In this document: positions 60,496 through 64,000 of the stretch, piece by piece
Position numbering within the stretch: the first letter of the stretch is position 1
Layout: each line of letters begins with the position of its first letter
Source: Octopus vulgaris
Taxonomy: Eukaryota
Direction of reading: 5' to 3'
Length of the DNA: 64,000 nt
Assembly (NCBI GenBank): GCA_951406725.2
Contig: OX597833.1
Coordinates: 69,936,001-70,000,000, forward strand
The notes under the pieces: model-generated
Told to the model about the DNA's origin: nothing
Databases searched by the model: none
Seen by the model: only the letters and a program-made list of their open reading frames with translations
Translations under genes and position numbers: made by a program

Positions 60496-62660
60496 TTACT
60501 TGTTTTCCGAAAGTTCTTTGTCTTTCACCTCACGGTCTTCTTCTATGAGGCTTTTATACAGTTTTTTCGATGAGTACTTTTGAAATCTCCCTACTGCATC
60601 AGGGTAAAGAGATTTCAGGGTGCTGTATGTGTTCTGTGTCACGTGTATTATTTTAATGTGTTGTGGTGGTGTTGTGTGTGGGTGGTTACTTGTTTTTATG
60701 TCGTTTTCAGTAATGTTAGTGTTTGACCTAATGTGTTCCATTAGGTCGTGGTTGTTTGTGTTTATGGCTGTCAACATTTTTGGGGGGTTTGATGATGGTG
60801 TGTTTGTGTTGATGTGTGTGTTTTCTGTGGATGTTTTTGTTTCGGGAGTGGTGTATCTTCCCGCTTTGTTTGTTATTTTTTCTTTTCTTTTTTTCCCCTT
60901 TTTCTTCTCCCCCCTGTGGCTATTTGCCAATCTTCCGTGTCTTCTTCGTCTAATGACAGATCAGACGAATCGGAGTCTGGAAGAGGGAAACTATTGGGGT
61001 CTATTGTCGACTGTGTTGGTTTTGTTGTTGGTGTTGGTTGGTGAGCGTTTGGTTGTGGTGTATGCGGTTTTGGATGTGGGGTTTGGGTATTTTGTGTTTG
61101 AGTGATTGTGGGTATTGTTGTGTTGTTTAGGGTCTCAATTTTGTGGGGATTTGGAGTTGTAATTGTTTCTTCATTTTTGCTGGGTGTCTTTTTGGCAGAT
61201 GTCCTTGGTTTGGGAGTTGGTATATTCTTGGTTGTTGTTGTTGGTGATGCTGCTTCTGTTCTTGGTGCTGCAGTTGGTGTGGTTGTTTGTTTGGTGAGGT
61301 TTGTTCCTGCAAAAAGTGGTGTGGGTAGTAAACCTTGTTTATTTGTTTTTGTTTCCGGCTGCTGTTGTTGTTGCTGTTGTTTTCTTGCGGCAGATTTGCA
61401 GTCTTTTTTGAGGTGTTGCTCACTGCCGCATATGTAGCAACGTGGTCTTCTGCCATCGACGACCACATATAACTTGTGGTCGTCTGATACACATATCTGG
61501 GTGGGTATTTTTTTTATATCTTCATGATGTATATGTAGAAGAAATTCTATTTTTCTTCCCACCCAGTTTTTATGCTCTGTGACTGTGGTTTCCAAAATAG
61601 TATAATTCGCCATTTTTATGCATAAGGCCTTTACAAGCCATAGACTATTGGCTATTTTGGGGACATTGTTTAGAGTGATCTTAGTCACTTTCTGTCCCCG
61701 ATAGCTTGGTGTAAGTTGGAGTTCATCTGAGTGAAGAGTTAGCGTTGAGAAATGTCTAGCTAACTCTTCGGTGTAGAAAACGACTTGTATGTGGGCAAAT
61801 TTGTTCCACCAGGTTACATATTCTTTATGATCCCAGATGGGTTTCAAGCACTTCTCTATTTTGCTTGTGTTGGCCTTCTCTGGGATTTTTGTTTTTTTGT
61901 TAACTATTTTATAAATGATTGTTCGTCTTTTTTCATTTTCCAAAATATCTTCTGGTATGTTTATTTTTACTATACCTTCTGATTCTGTTATTTTGATGTT
62001 CGTGTCCTGTATTTGTTGAGCCGTAAAGTATATTGTTGTTTTTTTTTCTTTAATCGCCTCAGCGAAATTTGTTGTTGTTTTGTTATTGTTGTTGCTTGTG
62101 GTGATGTTGTTGTTGGCTGCAGTTTGTAAAATTGGTGTGTTTGGTTCGATCGTGCAAGTAGGAAGGGGTGGAAAATTGCCTGCGTACTTTAGTCCTGCAC
62201 TAGGGCAAAATTCGACATTTCGTTTGCTTGTCGTCGTTATTTTTTCACTTGTTGGTGATGGAGTGAGCAGTGGTTGAAGGGAATTGTTGTTGTCGTCGTT
62301 GTTGTTGTTGTTGTTGTTGTTGTTATTGTCGTTCTTGGTGACGGCGGTGGTGTTGGTAGTATTAGTAGCATTGACGGCACGGTCTTTGGTGGCGGTGATG
62401 GTGATGTTGGTGTTGTTATTGGTGGCGATATCTTTAGTAGGGATAGCAGTTTTAGTAGCAGATTCTGCCATGGTGTTGGTGGTGGTGGTGGACTCACTGA
62501 TGGTGTTGACGGTGCTTGGCCTTGCGACCTTTGTTTTGTATTTGTTGCTGTTGGTGGTGGTGGAGTTGTCAGGTTCGGCGTATGCTAACAGAGCATACTG
62601 TTTTTCTGTTTCTGCGTCACGCTTCACTTGCAACTCAGCCTCGTGGTGGCCAGTGGCCAT
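60496..62660 (-). pseudogene. ORF1 (nucleic-acid-binding protein) of copy C, about 721 aa reconstructed, one frameshift near 60910
   Basis: ORFs 60873..62690 and 60496..60930 join if one base is added to the G6 run. Zinc knuckle CYICGSEQHLKKDC at 61398-61439; T/N/Q-rich low-complexity flanks; first ATG at 62660. Confidence 0.85.
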
Positions 62661-62905
62661 TTTGGAAATAAAATGGCTAAATGAAACCACGAAGGCTATG
62701 AGAATTTTTCTTTAAAATTTTGCCCACAAGGGGCAAAATTTTGTGTCGATATTTATCAAAGGTTTACAGTGGATGTTGTTACACAACTTTTAAGCACAAA
62801 ATGTTTGTCAATATACACTTTTAAATAGTCAAAATAAATGATTACCTTCGGAGCTGAAACGACATCACATCCGTCAGAGATGATAGATAGATAGATAGAT
62901 AGATA

Positions 62906-64000
62906 TGTTTCTTTATTAGCCACACAGGGCTGCACACAGATAGAACAAATTACAAGGTAGAGCTTTTCTTTTGAAGGGTTAGAGAAAGAAAAAAAAAAAA
63001 AAAAAAAGGAAGGGGGAGTTTCGATCAAAAGGGATCGTAAAGGAGAGAAAGAGGACAAAAAAAGGGGGGTTAAAAAAAGGGGGGAGGAGAAAAAAAAAAA
63101 AAAAAAAAAATTGATCAATAGGGATCGTTATCACAGAAATGTCATTATGAAGTGTAAAGGGGAGGACAGGTGAGGTTTACCCGTGGAAAGAAAAGCCTAC
63201 GGAAAAGACCACGGTAACCTCGGTCAATGAAGTCACATTTTATATTTCTTTTTTTTTTTTTTTTTGCAAATAAGCAACTCTCTGTTTTTGATTTCTGGGT
63301 TCATAGGACTATGCTCAAGGTGGCTTCGTCATTCATACGTGCCATTCTTGCTACATTCACCCATCTTTTTTTAAAACATTCGCTAGACAAAACTTGCCTC
63401 TCTACTCTCACTTTCCTTTTCAAGTGGTACTTGAAGAAGTTGATGAGAGATTGACCAGAGAGGAAAGTGTTTGTCTCCAATCCTTTCAGACGCGTCCACC
63501 AGATACATTCTTTCGCCATAGCCACAAGGATGATGAAAATAGCTCTTCCTTCCCGTTTGAAGGAAGGAGGCGTGACAATATTGACGATAGACTCAGCTGA
63601 TAAACCGACTCGTCCCACACGTGACAGCAGTTGTTCGACACAAGCCCACAGGTCGGAAATTGATGGACACTGAACGAGTGCGTGCAGAACGGTTTCGTCG
63701 CTCTGACCGCATCTCGGGCAGGTCGGCCCCGTGTTTCTCGAGCCGTGTCTGTAGAGCTTATCCCAAACGGGTAGCGCTTCTCGGTAGCACTGCCAGGCCA
63801 GGGATCTCTGGAAGTTGTCCATGGGCCCTGGCCCGAAGGTCGTCCTGAACAGGCGGGTCAGGTACTCCTCGTCGACGTCCAGGTTCGCCCCGAGCTCGTC
63901 GTCGTACCTCCCCTCCACTAAACCCCTATAGAATGCTTTGGTTGTGTTGAAGTCACTTAAGGTCGACCCAGGACGGCAGAGTTGCTTGAGAGCAACGCGA
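62906..64000 (-). mobile_element. Tx1-like LINE copy D: 3' UTR plus ORF2 C-terminus, continuing beyond the window
   Basis: Open frame ending at 63301 is homologous to the copy C C-terminus (CPRCGQSDETVLHALVQC). 3' end AATAAAGAAACA joins (TATC)6. Confidence 0.95.

Overview
AT-rich, microsatellite-saturated animal DNA, most likely an Octopus (coleoid cephalopod) intron or intergenic region. This assignment is inferred from the SINE families and repeat landscape. Almost all listed ORFs are translations of (TA)n/(TG)n/(ATT)n/(GATA)n repeats, and no host protein-coding gene is confidently identifiable. The window holds three tRNA-derived SINE families, mariner and Tc1 remnants, a Helitron-like element, a hAT-like MITE and old LINE 3' ends. 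Highlights: (1) a head-to-tail array of four minus-strand L1/Tx1-clade LINE copies from about three subfamilies, including one full-length 6.2 kb ORF1+ORF2 copy, embedded in a (GATA)n/(GACA)n array with (TCTA)n rather than poly(A) at the 3' junction, which points to a GATA-microsatellite-targeting retrotransposon; (2) a tRNA SINE whose last ~43 nt match that LINE's 3' end, suggesting a SINE/LINE pair; (3) several minimal type I hammerhead ribozyme motifs in microsatellite-embedded, Penelope-like fragments, two with intact catalytic cores. Everything was read by eye; no searches or folding programs were run.
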